Counted from the stretch's first letter, positions 1 through 11,833 are shown. The stretch: 64,000 nt of DNA from Planctomycetota bacterium (GCA_965228735.1 OZ245838.1:2176001-2240000), one strand, 5' to 3'. Program-made: numbers and translations. The notes: generated by a model not told the origin, from the letters alone.

Positions 1-513
1 TACGCGTTCGAGCAGATGAGCCTCACGGGCAGCGGCGGCGGCGGCAACGGCCACATCGTCGGCTACTCGCCGGGCGGCATCTCGCTGCGCCCGGCCGAGC
101 TCGACCTCAGCACGGCGCTGCTCGCCTCGATCTCGGTCGACGCCGCCGACGGTCAGGAGCTCACGCTGTCCGCCGACGCGCGGCCGCTGCTCGGCTCGTC
201 GATCAACGTCGTGACGCTCGACGTGCCGGCCACGGCGGCGCTCGGCGTGCAGATCTTCGGCCTCAACCAGGTCAACCCGGGGACGGACCTCGCGGCGTTC
301 GGCATGGCCGGCTGCCGGCAGTACCTGAGCACGGACGCGAGCGGCATCCTCGTCCCGGTCGGCGGCACCGCGTCGTGGCCCGTGAACACCCCGACGTCCG
401 CCACGTTCGCCGGCGTCGCGATCTTCGCGCAGTCGCTGATGCTGGTTCCGGGCGTCAACCCGTTCGGCGCCCTCACGAGCAACGGCGTCACGCTGCGCTT
501 CGACGTCAATTAG
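1..513 (+). CDS. 3' part of a probable secreted/surface protein carrying a conserved C-terminal domain (5' truncated by window edge)
   Basis: Frame open from base 1 (YAFEQMSLTG...). The C-terminus RPLLG...DVPATA...GCRQY...FAQ...VPGVNPFGALTSNGVTLRFDVN aligns with the C-terminus of the 56762..59284 protein. Confidence 0.8.
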   Translation, partial: YAFEQMSLTGSGGGGNGHIVGYSPGGISLRPAELDLSTALLASISVDAADGQELTLSADARPLLGSSINVVTLDVPATAALGVQIFGLNQVNPGTDLAAFGMAGCRQYLSTDASGILVPVGGTASWPVNTPTSATFAGVAIFAQSLMLVPGVNPFGALTSNGVTLRFDVN

Positions 514-525
514 CCGGCTTCGCTG

Positions 526-586
526 GCTAGTTGGGTACGGTGCCTCGTTGGGTACGGTGCCTGGTCGGGCACCGTACCCAACTAGC
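526..586. repeat. REP/REPIN-like inverted repeat with an internal tandem copy, between convergent genes
   Basis: GCTAGTTGGGTACGGTGCC (526-544) has its exact reverse complement at 568-586. A second direct copy GTTGGGTACGGTGCCT lies at 547-562. Confidence 0.75.
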
Positions 587-596
587 GTGATCCTGG

Positions 597-2432
597 TCAG
601 CGAAGCGGGCTGTCGGCGACGCGCGGCGCCCGGTGCTTCTGCAGCAGCACGAGGATCAGCTGCACGTCGGGCTGGCGCACGCCGGGCACGCGTGACGCCT
701 CGCCGAGCGTGAGCGGGCGGCGCTGCTGCAATCGTTCGCGTGACTCCGCGCTGAGTCCGGGCACCGCCGCGTAGTCGAAGTCGGCCGGGATGCGCCTGTG
801 CTCCATGCGCTGCAGCCGCTCGACCTCGAGCCGCTGCCGCGCGATGTAGCCCTCGTACTTCACCTCGGCTTCGAGCTCGCTCCGTTCCGCCGCCGTGAGG
901 TGCAGCGCGCTGCTCGCGGCACTGCGTTGGATCACGAAATCGACCGTGACCTCGGGCCGACGCAACCACTCGGTCAGCGTCTTGCCGTCGTGCCGCACGG
1001 TGTCGCAGAGCTTGCGCGCCGCCCGGATGCGGCCTTCTTTCAGGCGCACCTGATCGGCGAACGCCGTCTCGACGAGACCGAGCCGCTCCGCCAGCGGCAG
1101 CAGGCGCCGATCCGCATTGTCGCTGCGCAGGAGCAGGCGAAACTCGGCGCGGCTCGTGAACATGCGGTACGGCTCGCTCGGGTTGACGCGGCACAGATCG
1201 TCGATCATCACGCCGAGGTAGCCGGTCGCACGATCGATCACGACGGCGTCCTCCCCCCGTGCGAACCGCGCCGCGTTGACGCCCGCGACGAGTCCCTGCC
1301 CCGCGGCTTCCTCGTAGCCGCTCGTGCCGTTGATCTGCCCGGCTGCGAACAGCCCCGCGAGCGTCGCCACCTGCAGGTCACCGCGGATCTGATCGGTGAC
1401 GATGTAGTCGTACTCGACCGCATAGCCCGGCCGGACGATCTCGACCTCCTCGAGCCCCGGGATCGTGCGCAGGAACTGCCGCTGCACGGCTTCCGGCAGG
1501 CTCGTGCTGATGCCGTTGGGGTAGACCTCGGGCGAGTCGCTGCCTTCGGGCTCGAGGAAGATCAGGTGCTTGGGCTTGTCCGCGAAGCGCACGACCTTGT
1601 CCTCGACGCTGGGGCAGTAGCGCGGCCCGCTGCCCTGGATCCGCCCGCGGAACATCGGCGAGGTGTGCGCGTGCTCGCTGATGATCGCGTGCGTCCGTTC
1701 GTTGGTGTAGGTCAGCCAGCACGGCACCTGCTCGACGTCGAGCCGTTCGGTGCGGAACGAGAACGGCTGGGGCGGGTCGTCGCCGAGCTGCTCCTCGAGC
1801 GCCGACACGTCGATCGTGTCGCGGTGCAGCCGCGGCGGCGTGCCCGTCTTGTGCCGCCCGAGCCGCAGGCCGAACGACCGCAGTGACTCGCTGATCCGCG
1901 ACGCCGCGCCCTCGCCGTGACGGCCACCTGCCGCCTCCCATTCACCCGCGAAGAGCCGGCCGCCGAGGAACGTCCCGGTCGTGAGCACGACGGCGGGCGC
2001 GTGCAGCTCGGTGCCGTCGGCGAGCTCGACGCCGCGCACGCGGTCCCCGTTCGCGAGCACGCGCACGGCTTCGCCGGCCACGACCTCGAGCCCGGGCCGG
2101 GCGAGCACGCGCGCGACCATCTCGCGGTTGTAGGCCGCCCGATCACACTGCGCGCGCGGCGACCGCACGGCCGGTCCCTTGCTCGTGTTGAGCATGCGGA
2201 ACTGGATGCCCGTGCTGTCCGTGCAGAGCGCCATCTCGCCGCCGAGCGCGTCGACCTCGCGCACGAGCTGTCCCTTCGCGAGGCCGCCGATCGCGGGGTT
2301 GCAGGACATTCGCCCGATGGCCTCGGGATCGAGGACGACCATCGCCGTCCGGCGGCCGAGCCGGGCGGCGGCACTCGCCGCCTCCACGCCCGCATGGCCG
2401 CCGCCGATCACGATCACGTCGAAGTCCCGCAC
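597..2432 (-). CDS. mnmG: tRNA uridine-5-carboxymethylaminomethyl(34) synthesis enzyme MnmG (GidA)
   Basis: GGGHAG FAD motif, MSCNPAIGG, KTGTPPR, GPRYCPSVEDK, AGQINGTSGYEEAA, EPYRMFTSRAEFRL; GTG start. Confidence 0.97.
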   Translation of the reverse strand: MRDFDVIVIGGGHAGVEAASAAARLGRRTAMVVLDPEAIGRMSCNPAIGGLAKGQLVREVDALGGEMALCTDSTGIQFRMLNTSKGPAVRSPRAQCDRAAYNREMVARVLARPGLEVVAGEAVRVLANGDRVRGVELADGTELHAPAVVLTTGTFLGGRLFAGEWEAAGGRHGEGAASRISESLRSFGLRLGRHKTGTPPRLHRDTIDVSALEEQLGDDPPQPFSFRTERLDVEQVPCWLTYTNERTHAIISEHAHTSPMFRGRIQGSGPRYCPSVEDKVVRFADKPKHLIFLEPEGSDSPEVYPNGISTSLPEAVQRQFLRTIPGLEEVEIVRPGYAVEYDYIVTDQIRGDLQVATLAGLFAAGQINGTSGYEEAAGQGLVAGVNAARFARGEDAVVIDRATGYLGVMIDDLCRVNPSEPYRMFTSRAEFRLLLRSDNADRRLLPLAERLGLVETAFADQVRLKEGRIRAARKLCDTVRHDGKTLTEWLRRPEVTVDFVIQRSAASSALHLTAAERSELEAEVKYEGYIARQRLEVERLQRMEHRRIPADFDYAAVPGLSAESRERLQQRRPLTLGEASRVPGVRQPDVQLILVLLQKHRAPRVADSPLR

Positions 2433-2677
2433 GCGGGCACGATCCGCGGGCGGGCGGGTCGACGCAAGGGCCGTCCGTCAGCCCAGGACCGGTGTCGAAC
2501 GGGCGTAGATCGCGCGCAGCAGCAGGCGATGGCGCAGCACGTAGTTCCACATACCCGTCTCATCGGCAAATCGCCGCTGGCAGCTTCAGCCCGCGCGACT
2601 GCCGGCGCGCCGCGCGTTCGGCGACCCGGTGGCGCGGCCGAGGCCCCGATTGCATTCGGAGCCGACCACCACCTACG

Positions 2678-4003
2678 ATGCCGTTGATGCGCGTCCCGCA
2701 CCTGCTGCTCGCGGCCGTCCTGACCCTGCCACTCGCGACCCCTCTGGTGGCCCAGGTCTCGCTCGCCGAACTCCCCGACCTCGCCCGCGCGCGCGCCGAA
2801 CGCGCCCGCCCGGCGGCCATCGCCGCGCTCGAGCCGTTCCTCCCGGACCTCAAGCTGTCGTATCGCAGCAGCTACAAGTTCATGGACGGGGTCATCGAGA
2901 AGGTCGCCGAACTCGGCGACAGCGTCGTGCCGCTCCTGCTCGAAATGCTCGAGCCGAAGCAGAACAGCGAGGCGGCCCGCAACCTCGCCGGCAACGCGCG
3001 CCGCGTCCTCGAGAAGATGGACCCGTCGTCGTTCGTCGACGCGCTCGCCGAGCTGCTCAAGAGCCGCTACGAGACGACGCGGCGCGAGGCGATCCGCCTG
3101 CTCGGCCTGGCGCGCACACCGCAGGCCGCGCGCCTGCTCGTCGATCTGCTGCAGAACACCGCCGGCGAGAACCGTGTGCTCGTGCTGCAGTCGCTCGCGC
3201 GCCACGGCACCAAGGCCGGCGCGTCCTACGCGGTCCAGCTGCTCGGGAACAAGGACTCGGACCTGCGCGCGAACGTCCTCGACTACCTCGCGGCCGCGCG
3301 CGCGGGCTCGGTCTCCGACCTCGTCGCGGACGCGCTCAGCGTCGAGCGCGACGACCGCCTGCTGATGCGCTACATCCACTACTTCGGCCGCGCCGTGCGC
3401 CAGAACGACCGCGCTGCCCGCGCGCTGCTCGGCCTGCTCGGCGAACGCGTCGACTGGCAGGACACCCGGCAGATCGTGCGCGCGCTCGCGAAGGTCGCGC
3501 CAACGGAGCACGAACCCACCGTTCGCCGCCTGCTCGAGCTCATCGAGGACGAGAAGGACAACTCGCTCGCCGTCGAGACCGCGGTCACCCTGCGCGCGCT
3601 CGGCGAACGCGCCGGCGTGACGAAGGTGAAGCGCAACCTCGACGACCAGCTGCGCCGGCCGGCGCGCCGCCGCGAGACCGCGCTCTACCAGCAGCGCGCC
3701 AACCTGCTGTTCGCGATCGGCGACTTCAGCGAAGCGGCCGACGACTACGAGAAGATCATCGAGTACAGCGGTGGCGTGTCGATGACGCGCATGGCCTACA
3801 TCGGGCTGATGCGCTGCGAGGCGCACCGCGGACGCCACCGCGATCTCGTCAAGGTGATCCGCGACTCGGGGTTCACCGTCGCCGAGATCGAAGCCCTCGC
3901 GATCGACGACGAGGTGATGCGCGAGGCTCTCGAGCACGACCGCGTGAAGCGGGCGCTCGACAAGATCCGCGAAGAACGTGCGCCGAAGCTGCCGAAGAAA
4001 TAG
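2678..4003 (+). CDS. Secreted HEAT-repeat/TPR-like helical protein
   Basis: Signal peptide ending ATPLVA-Q. HEAT-like repeats (RREAIRLLG, LRANVLDYLA) and a C-terminal TPR-like segment (RANLLFAIGDFSEAADDYEKII). Start moved to ATG 2678 (alternative 2687). Confidence 0.75.
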   Translation: MPLMRVPHLLLAAVLTLPLATPLVAQVSLAELPDLARARAERARPAAIAALEPFLPDLKLSYRSSYKFMDGVIEKVAELGDSVVPLLLEMLEPKQNSEAARNLAGNARRVLEKMDPSSFVDALAELLKSRYETTRREAIRLLGLARTPQAARLLVDLLQNTAGENRVLVLQSLARHGTKAGASYAVQLLGNKDSDLRANVLDYLAAARAGSVSDLVADALSVERDDRLLMRYIHYFGRAVRQNDRAARALLGLLGERVDWQDTRQIVRALAKVAPTEHEPTVRRLLELIEDEKDNSLAVETAVTLRALGERAGVTKVKRNLDDQLRRPARRRETALYQQRANLLFAIGDFSEAADDYEKIIEYSGGVSMTRMAYIGLMRCEAHRGRHRDLVKVIRDSGFTVAEIEALAIDDEVMREALEHDRVKRALDKIREERAPKLPKK

Positions 4004-4013
4004 CTTGGGCCGC

Positions 4014-4631
4014 ATGGCGCGCGTTCTGCCCCTCACCCTCGCCGCCCTCGCCGCCCTCGGCGCGACCGCCGGCTGCGCCGGCGCACCGTCGGAGCAGGAA
4101 CGCACGGCCGCCCAGCGCGCCGGCCTGCCCGCGCCGGATCCCGCGGCGGAACGGATCGGCCGCGCGTTCGCCTACGCCCGCACCGGCGACACCGCCGCGA
4201 TGAAGCAGGCCCTGACGCCGGACTTCGACGTCGACGTCCGCAACGACCGCGGGGACACGCTGCTGATCCTCGCGAGCTACGCCGATCACACCGAGACGGC
4301 GCTGCTCTTGCTCGAGCGCGGCGCGGGCGCGGACGAGCGCAGCGCGGACGGCATGTCCGCCCTCACGGCCGCGGCGTTCCGCGGCAACCTGGTGCTGATG
4401 CGCGCCCTGCTCGACCGCGGCGTGGCGCTCGATCCCCGCGGCAATTCGGGACGTACGCCGTTGCTCTGGGCCGCGTTCGGCGGCAGCGACGCGGCCGTCG
4501 ATCTGCTGCTGGAGCGCGGGGCCGCGATCACCGCGCGCGACAGGAACGGGCAGGGCGCGGCCGAGCTCGCAGCCGCGCAGGGCCACACGGCGCTCGCGGA
4601 ACGGCTCGCGAAGCTCGCGGCGGGCCGCTGA
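4014..4631 (+). CDS. Ankyrin-repeat lipoprotein
   Basis: Lipobox-like TAGC; ankyrin repeats GDTLLILA, GMSALTAA, GRTPLLWAA, GQGAAELA. Confidence 0.85.
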   Translation: MARVLPLTLAALAALGATAGCAGAPSEQERTAAQRAGLPAPDPAAERIGRAFAYARTGDTAAMKQALTPDFDVDVRNDRGDTLLILASYADHTETALLLLERGAGADERSADGMSALTAAAFRGNLVLMRALLDRGVALDPRGNSGRTPLLWAAFGGSDAAVDLLLERGAAITARDRNGQGAAELAAAQGHTALAERLAKLAAGR

Positions 4632-4767
4632 CCGCGAGCGGGACCCGACCTCGAGCAGTTCGCCGGCGCGGATGCCCCGCATCGCTGTTGACCGGGCCCG
4701 GCGGCGCCGCGATGATGCTGCGCCGAATTCAACGCCCGCTCGCCCAGCCGCAACCAGCGATCACCCA

Positions 4768-6075
4768 ATGTCGACCATGGAAGTCCAGGTAGCCGAGACC
4801 GGCCCCTGCAGCCGTTCTCTGACGATCACGGTCCCTCAGAAGCTCGTCGACGAGCACCTCGACGAGGTGTTCGCCTCGGCGCAGGAGCAGGTCCAGATCA
4901 AGGGCTTCCGTCCCGGCAAGGTGCCGAAGGCGATGATCGAGAAGCGGTTCGGCGACAGCATCCGCAAGGAGGCCAAGGACCAGCTGCTCAACCGGTACTT
5001 CGGGCAGGCGTGCCAGGAGAACGAGATCCAGCCGATCGGCAACATCCAGATCGACGACATCGAGAAGCTCGAGGTCAAGCGCGGCACGGCGCTCGAGTTC
5101 GTGGCCCGCATCGACGTGCGCCCGACGATCGAGCTCGGTGACCTGACGGGCATCGAGGTCGAGGCCTACGAGCCGGCGGCGACCGACGAGGACATCGACA
5201 AGGCGCTCGAGCAGATCGCGCACGAGAAGCGCAAGATGCAGGTCACCGACGAGGCCGCGATCGATGGCGACTTCCTCAAGGCGGACCTCACGTTCCTCGA
5301 CGAGGACGGCAAGACGGTGCGTGAGCGCAAGGGTGCGCAGCTGCAGACGCGGCGCCCGATCAACGGCTGCGACGAGGAGGCCTACACCAAGGCGGTGCTC
5401 GGGCTGACCGTCGGCAAGGCCGCGGAGATCGACCTGACCTTCCCCGAGAACTTCGAGGTCGAAGAGGTCCGCGGCAAGAGCGGCAAGGTCAAGCTCGTGG
5501 TCGAGGAGATCAAGCGCGTCACGCCCGCGCCGATCGACGACGAGCTCGCCAAGGGTCTGGAGTTCGAGACGCTCGCGGACCTGCGCCAGGATCTCGGCGA
5601 GCGCATCAGCGCCGAGAAGGAGCGGGCCGGCAAGCAACGCCAGGAGGAGCAGGCGATCGACCACCTCATGAGCCAGCACCAGTTCGAGCTGCCGCCGTCG
5701 ATGGTCGAGCAACAGGAGCAGGCCGCCCTCGCGGGCCTCGAGCAGCGCCTGCGCGAATCCGGTACGCCCGAAGACCAGATCCCGGCCCAGGTCGAGGCCC
5801 AGAAGGGCGACGCCCGGAAGGAGGCGGAACGCCGGGTCCGGATGTTCTTCCTGATCGACGCCGTCGGCAAACAGCAGGGCCTGCAGGTCACCGAAGAGGA
5901 CGCGCTCGCCGAGATCGGGCAGATCGCGGCGGCCAACAACGTGACCCCGGCGCAAGTTCGGCAACATCTCGAGGAGAACAACCGCCTCGGTGAGCTGGAG
6001 TTGGCGCTCCTCGAGCGCAAGGTGCGCGATTTCCTCAGAGAAAACGCCAAAGCCGTCGATAAGAAGGGCAGTTGA
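4768..6075 (+). CDS. tig: Trigger factor
   Basis: GFRPGKVP ribosome-binding signature, FKBP-like middle domain, position upstream of clpP-clpX. Confidence 0.95.
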   Translation: MSTMEVQVAETGPCSRSLTITVPQKLVDEHLDEVFASAQEQVQIKGFRPGKVPKAMIEKRFGDSIRKEAKDQLLNRYFGQACQENEIQPIGNIQIDDIEKLEVKRGTALEFVARIDVRPTIELGDLTGIEVEAYEPAATDEDIDKALEQIAHEKRKMQVTDEAAIDGDFLKADLTFLDEDGKTVRERKGAQLQTRRPINGCDEEAYTKAVLGLTVGKAAEIDLTFPENFEVEEVRGKSGKVKLVVEEIKRVTPAPIDDELAKGLEFETLADLRQDLGERISAEKERAGKQRQEEQAIDHLMSQHQFELPPSMVEQQEQAALAGLEQRLRESGTPEDQIPAQVEAQKGDARKEAERRVRMFFLIDAVGKQQGLQVTEEDALAEIGQIAAANNVTPAQVRQHLEENNRLGELELALLERKVRDFLRENAKAVDKKGS

Positions 6076-6196
6076 TCGAACTGTCGGCGTTGCCTATCTG
6101 ATCTGACACCGCGAGGCGTCGGGCCGGGCAGGTCGCCGGGCCGGACGTTGGTCGTCGGGTCGGCGGTAGCCGGCAGGCATCGGACGAGAGACGCGC

Positions 6197-6796
6197 ATGA
6201 GCATCGCCAACGACTACATCATCCCCTTCGTCATCGAGAAGACCGGCCGCGGCGAACGTCAATACGACATCTACAGCCGGCTGCTCGAGGACCGCATCGT
6301 CTTCATCGGTTCGCCGATCGACGACGGCGTCGCCAACGCGGTGATCGCCCAGCTGCTGTTCCTCCAGAAGGAGAACAAGAACCAGGACATCAACCTGTTC
6401 TTGAACAGCCCGGGCGGGAGCGTGACCGCCGGCCTCGCGATCTACGACACGATCCAGTTCGTGCAGTGCCCGGTCGCGACCTACTGCATCGGTCAGGCCG
6501 CGTCGATGGGCGCGCTGCTGCTGGCCGCCGGCACGAAGGGCAAGCGGCACGCCCTGCCGCACTCGCGCATCATGATCCACCAGCCGTGGGGCGGCGTCGG
6601 CGGCACCGCGATCGACATCGAGATCCAGGCCGACGAGATCCTGCGCCTGAAGCAGACGCTGACGCAGATCCTCGCGACGCACACGGGCAAGGACGTGGCG
6701 CAGATCGAGCACGACAGCGACCGCGACTTCTTCATGGGTTCGGAGGAGGCCAAGGACTACGGCCTCATCGACGAGATCGTTCAGACCGCTAAGTAG
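6197..6796 (+). CDS. clpP: ATP-dependent Clp protease proteolytic subunit
   Basis: [22 protein letters not shown] (catalytic Ser), RIMIHQP, DRDFFM. Confidence 0.98.
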   Translation: MSIANDYIIPFVIEKTGRGERQYDIYSRLLEDRIVFIGSPIDDGVANAVIAQLLFLQKENKNQDINLFLNSPGGSVTAGLAIYDTIQFVQCPVATYCIGQAASMGALLLAAGTKGKRHALPHSRIMIHQPWGGVGGTAIDIEIQADEILRLKQTLTQILATHTGKDVAQIEHDSDRDFFMGSEEAKDYGLIDEIVQTAK

Positions 6797-6850
6797 GCCG
6801 GCCGCGAAGTAGGCCGGCCGCTAAGTAGGCCGGCCGCCAAGTAGCGGCCG
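6791..6850. repeat. 16-bp tandem repeat starting at the last codon and stop of clpP
   Basis: AAGTAGGCCGGCCGCN at 6791, 6807 and 6823, plus a degenerate copy at 6839. Confidence 0.85.
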
Positions 6851-7002
6851 CCGCAACCCCAACCGCCGCACCGCGCCAGCGCCGGCGGTGGGCGGCACCA
6901 TCTTCCGTGGAATGGGGAGGGGCGCCGCGCCGCGGACGTTGGTAGACTGTGGCGGCACCGGGGGGCTATGACCTCGCCGGTCCGTGGACTAGGACTCAAG
7001 AC

Positions 7003-8299
<1,297 letters not shown>

Positions 8300-8307
<8 letters not shown>

Positions 8308-9475
8308 TACGCCGGTTACCGATACGCCCGAGTCCGATGCGCCGGGTTTCGATACACCGGGATCCGATACACCGGGATCCGGCACGCCGGGATCGGATCG
8401 ACCCGAGGAATCCAGCCCGTCGAAACAGGCGCCCGCCGCGGCAGGATCCGCGCTCACCGACCTGTCCGACGAAGCGCTGCAGGCGCTCGTTGCGGAGCAC
8501 GGCGGCAAGCCGTTCCAGGCGCGCCAGATCGCCCACTGGCTCTACAAGCACGGCGCGGATTCGTTCGACGGGCTGAAGAACGTGCCGCAGCGGTTGCGCG
8601 ATGCGCTCGCCGCGACCCACACGGTTCGTTCGACGACGATCCAGCGGTCCGAACGCGCCGCGGACGGCACCGAGAAGCTGCTCATCGGGCTCGCGGACGA
8701 CGACGCCGTCGAGTGCGTGATCATTCCCGAGGGCGAGCGCACGACGCTGTGCGTCTCCACCCAGGTCGGGTGCCCGGTCGGCTGCATCTTCTGCGCATCC
8801 GGCCTCGGCGGCGTCCGCCGCAACCTGACCGCGGGCGAGATCACCGAGCAGGTGCTGCACGCGCGTTCGCGGCTCGCGGACGACCAGCGGCTCACCAACC
8901 TCGTCGTCATGGGCATGGGTGAGCCGATGCTCAACCTCGAGGGCCTGCTGCCGGCCCTGGCGCGCATCCACGACGGCGACGGCATCGCCATGGGCGCGCG
9001 CCGCATCACGGTCAGCACGTCGGGCTACCCTCGCCAGATGGAGCGCTTCGCCGCGGCCGACCCGTCCTACAACCTCGCGGTCTCGCTGCACGCCGCGGAT
9101 GACGCGCTGCGCCGCGAACTCGTTCCGACCGCGAGTCACCCCGTCAGCGACATCGTCACGGCCGCGCACCGCTACTTCGGACAGAAGGGCCGCGAGGTGA
9201 CCTACGAGGTCGTCCTGCTCGATGGCCGCAACGACCGCCCCGAGGACGCCGAAGAGATGGTCCGCGTGCTCGAACAGCTGCCGTGCACCGTCAACCTGAT
9301 CGCGTGGAACGAGGTCGACGAGATCCGCGAGAACGTCGGCCTGCGACGCCCGCGTGAAGCGCGCGTCGACGCGTTCGCCGACGCGCTGCGACGCGGCGGG
9401 CTCAACGTCACGGTGCGCCGCCAGCGCGGCGCGGACAAGTCGGCCGCGTGCGGTCAGCTGCGCCTGCGGCGCTGA
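8300..9475 (+). CDS. rlmN: Dual-specificity 23S rRNA/tRNA C2-methyltransferase RlmN with a repetitive N-terminal extension
   Basis: Radical SAM CxxxCxxC (CPVGCIFC), MGMGEP, SLHA, AACGQL. Probable GTG start overlapping the clpX end; start uncertain. Confidence 0.92.
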
Positions 9476-9499
9476 CCGCCACGGGCGGCCGCGATCGAT

Positions 9500-10939
9500 T
9501 CAGCGGATCTTGCTCTTCTGCGGGGCCTTCTTCAGGTCACCCTGCTGGAACTCGCCCTGCTGCTGCTTGCCCTTCTGGAGTTCGGGCCGTCGCGACTCCG
9601 AACGGCCGCCATCGACCTCGACGCGACCCGAATCGACGTTGTCGATCGGCGGCGCGTCGTGGTGCTTCTTGACCGTCCCGCGCATCTCCCGGCCGCGACG
9701 CACCCACGCGACCTCGACGACGTCACCCTTCGGGATCGCGCGCAGGCTGCGCCGCACGTCGGCCGGCGAACCGATCGGCGTATCGCCGATCGCGGTGATG
9801 ATGTCGTTGGCCTGCAGGCCGAGTTCGTCGGCGAGCGTGTCGGACTGCACGTCCTGGACCATCAGCCCGACGCCGTCCTCGAGGCCGAGGTAGCGGCGCA
9901 GCGCGACCGGCAGCTCGTCGCGGATCCGGATGCCGAGCCGTTCTCCATCACCGGGCGGCGCCACCTGACCCCGGGGATCACTGATACCGGGCGGGTTGCG
10001 CCACGGCTGCTGGCCGTTGCCGAACGGGTTCACGCCGCGGAACGGATCGACCTGCGCGAACGGATCATCGAGGTCGATCGACGGCGCCCGAAAGCTGCGG
10101 AACGTGAACGGCTGGCCGCCACCGAACAGCAGCCCGTTGTTCTTCAGGACGTCGGGATACTGGGTCTTGAACGTCTCGAGATCGGGCGCCTCGTAGACCT
10201 TGGTCTCGACCTCGCCGTCCTCGTTCTGCTCCTTGACCTCGACGCGCACGCCGTCGGGCCCGACCTGCATGTTCATGCCCTGCGACAGACCCTGCAGGCC
10301 CTGCATCCGACCCTGCAGGTCCTGCAGGTCGCGGAACTGCTGATCGATGTCGCGGAAGAAGTTGTCGTGGAAGAAGCGCCGCTGCGGCACGTCGATGCCG
10401 AAGTCGCGCTCGAGGCGCTGGAACATGTCCTCGAACTGCGTGCGGACGTCGGGCCCGCGCCCGGATGCCCACGGCCAGCTCGGCAAGCCGCCGATCTCGC
10501 CGCGAGTGCGGATCCGGTCGGGACCGGCCTGCCCTGGGCGGCGTTCCTCGGCGCCGCGGACCGGGTCCTGACCGCTCCCCTCGACCGGGTCCTGCGCCCG
10601 CCGCTCGGCCGACTCGATCTGCCGCACGAGGCGCTTGCTGCGCCACTGGATCTCGGCATCACCCGAATCCTGCGCGGCCTTGCGCAGCGTCTCGAGCGCG
10701 TCGGGGCCGATCTCGCGAAGCGCCTGCTCCGCGGCGACGCGGCGCTTGTAGCTGGCCGCGCCGAGGTCGCGGATCCAGCTCGCCACGGACCGGCTCCCGG
10801 TCTCGCTCTCGGCGGCGCCACCGGCACGTTCGGTACGTTCCTCCTTCTGTTGTTCTTGCTGCTGCGCGATGAGATGCCCCGCAGGCGCAATCCCGCCCAC
10901 GACGGCACCGAAGAGCAATCCAAAGGGTTTCCATTCCAT
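9500..10939 (-). CDS. Secreted protein: N-terminal HEAT-like helical domain, Phe-rich middle, single C-terminal PDZ domain
   Basis: Signal peptide; WIRDLGAASYKRRVAAEQALREIG helical motif; PDZ (RLGIRI...GLMVQDV...ADELGLQANDIITAI). No trypsin motifs seen. Confidence 0.75.
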   Translation of the reverse strand: MEWKPFGLLFGAVVGGIAPAGHLIAQQQEQQKEERTERAGGAAESETGSRSVASWIRDLGAASYKRRVAAEQALREIGPDALETLRKAAQDSGDAEIQWRSKRLVRQIESAERRAQDPVEGSGQDPVRGAEERRPGQAGPDRIRTRGEIGGLPSWPWASGRGPDVRTQFEDMFQRLERDFGIDVPQRRFFHDNFFRDIDQQFRDLQDLQGRMQGLQGLSQGMNMQVGPDGVRVEVKEQNEDGEVETKVYEAPDLETFKTQYPDVLKNNGLLFGGGQPFTFRSFRAPSIDLDDPFAQVDPFRGVNPFGNGQQPWRNPPGISDPRGQVAPPGDGERLGIRIRDELPVALRRYLGLEDGVGLMVQDVQSDTLADELGLQANDIITAIGDTPIGSPADVRRSLRAIPKGDVVEVAWVRRGREMRGTVKKHHDAPPIDNVDSGRVEVDGGRSESRRPELQKGKQQQGEFQQGDLKKAPQKSKIR

Positions 10940-11017
10940 GCCGCGCACTACGAACGAAAGCGCGGAGGACTCCGAAATCGAAGCGCTGGAACGCGCCCCC
11001 TCGACCGGTTGCAGCGG

Positions 11018-11833
11018 CTACCTGTCGCCGCCCGAACCGCGCCCCGTCGGGACCTGCGGCGCCCCTTCGGGCCCACCTGCCGGCTCGCTGGCGGGCCCAC
11101 CACCTGCGGACTCGGGTTCGGACTCGGCGCCAGGGCGCGACTCCGCCGGGAACTCCGGCTGGTCGACACCGGGCGGCGGCATCGGCGGTTCGAGTGGGTC
11201 GGGTGGACCGTCGAACCCCTCGAGGCTGCGCAGCTGCCAGCGCCCCATCATGCCGGAGCCGGCGGGCGCCTCGACCTCGAGCTCGTTGCTCCAGCGCTCG
11301 GTCTGCCCGAGCGGCCGCATCGTGGCCCGCGGGCCGGCCCACGGCACGGCCAGATCGCCACGGCTGCCGCCAGCATTGCCATTCGGCTCCCCACCCGCGG
11401 CCCCGGTTGCGAACGGGATCGGGTCGCGGTCGAGCAGCGAACTCGCGGCCGGCTCGCTGACGCTCCACCACCCGAGCCAGAACAGCAGCCCCGCGGCCGC
11501 GGCCCACAGCACGCGCGCCGCCATCGGCAACTGGCCACCCAGACCCAATCCGCGGCCCCAGCGCCCACGACGCGGCTGCGACGCGACCCGTTCGACGGCC
11601 GCCACCGTGTCCTCGTGCAGCCGCGTGAACATCGCCTCGTCGACGCCGGGCAAGGACTCGTCAGCCAACCCGACGAGCGCCTTGCGCGCCTGCTGCAGAC
11701 CGGCGGCCTCGCGCCGACACGGCAGGCAACGCGCCAGGTGATCCGCGACCACGTGCGCTTCGTCGCGACCGAGTTCGCCGCCGACGAACCAGGTCAGCCG
11801 TTCGCCGACCCAATCACACGAGGGCGACGTCAT
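11018..11833 (-). CDS. Zinc-binding (ZAS/zf-HC2) transmembrane anti-sigma factor
   Basis: Cys plus HLARCLPC (HxxxCxxC), one TM helix, ATGA overlap with the upstream ECF sigma gene. Confidence 0.85.
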   Translation of the reverse strand: MTSPSCDWVGERLTWFVGGELGRDEAHVVADHLARCLPCRREAAGLQQARKALVGLADESLPGVDEAMFTRLHEDTVAAVERVASQPRRGRWGRGLGLGGQLPMAARVLWAAAAGLLFWLGWWSVSEPAASSLLDRDPIPFATGAAGGEPNGNAGGSRGDLAVPWAGPRATMRPLGQTERWSNELEVEAPAGSGMMGRWQLRSLEGFDGPPDPLEPPMPPPGVDQPEFPAESRPGAESEPESAGGGPASEPAGGPEGAPQVPTGRGSGGDR

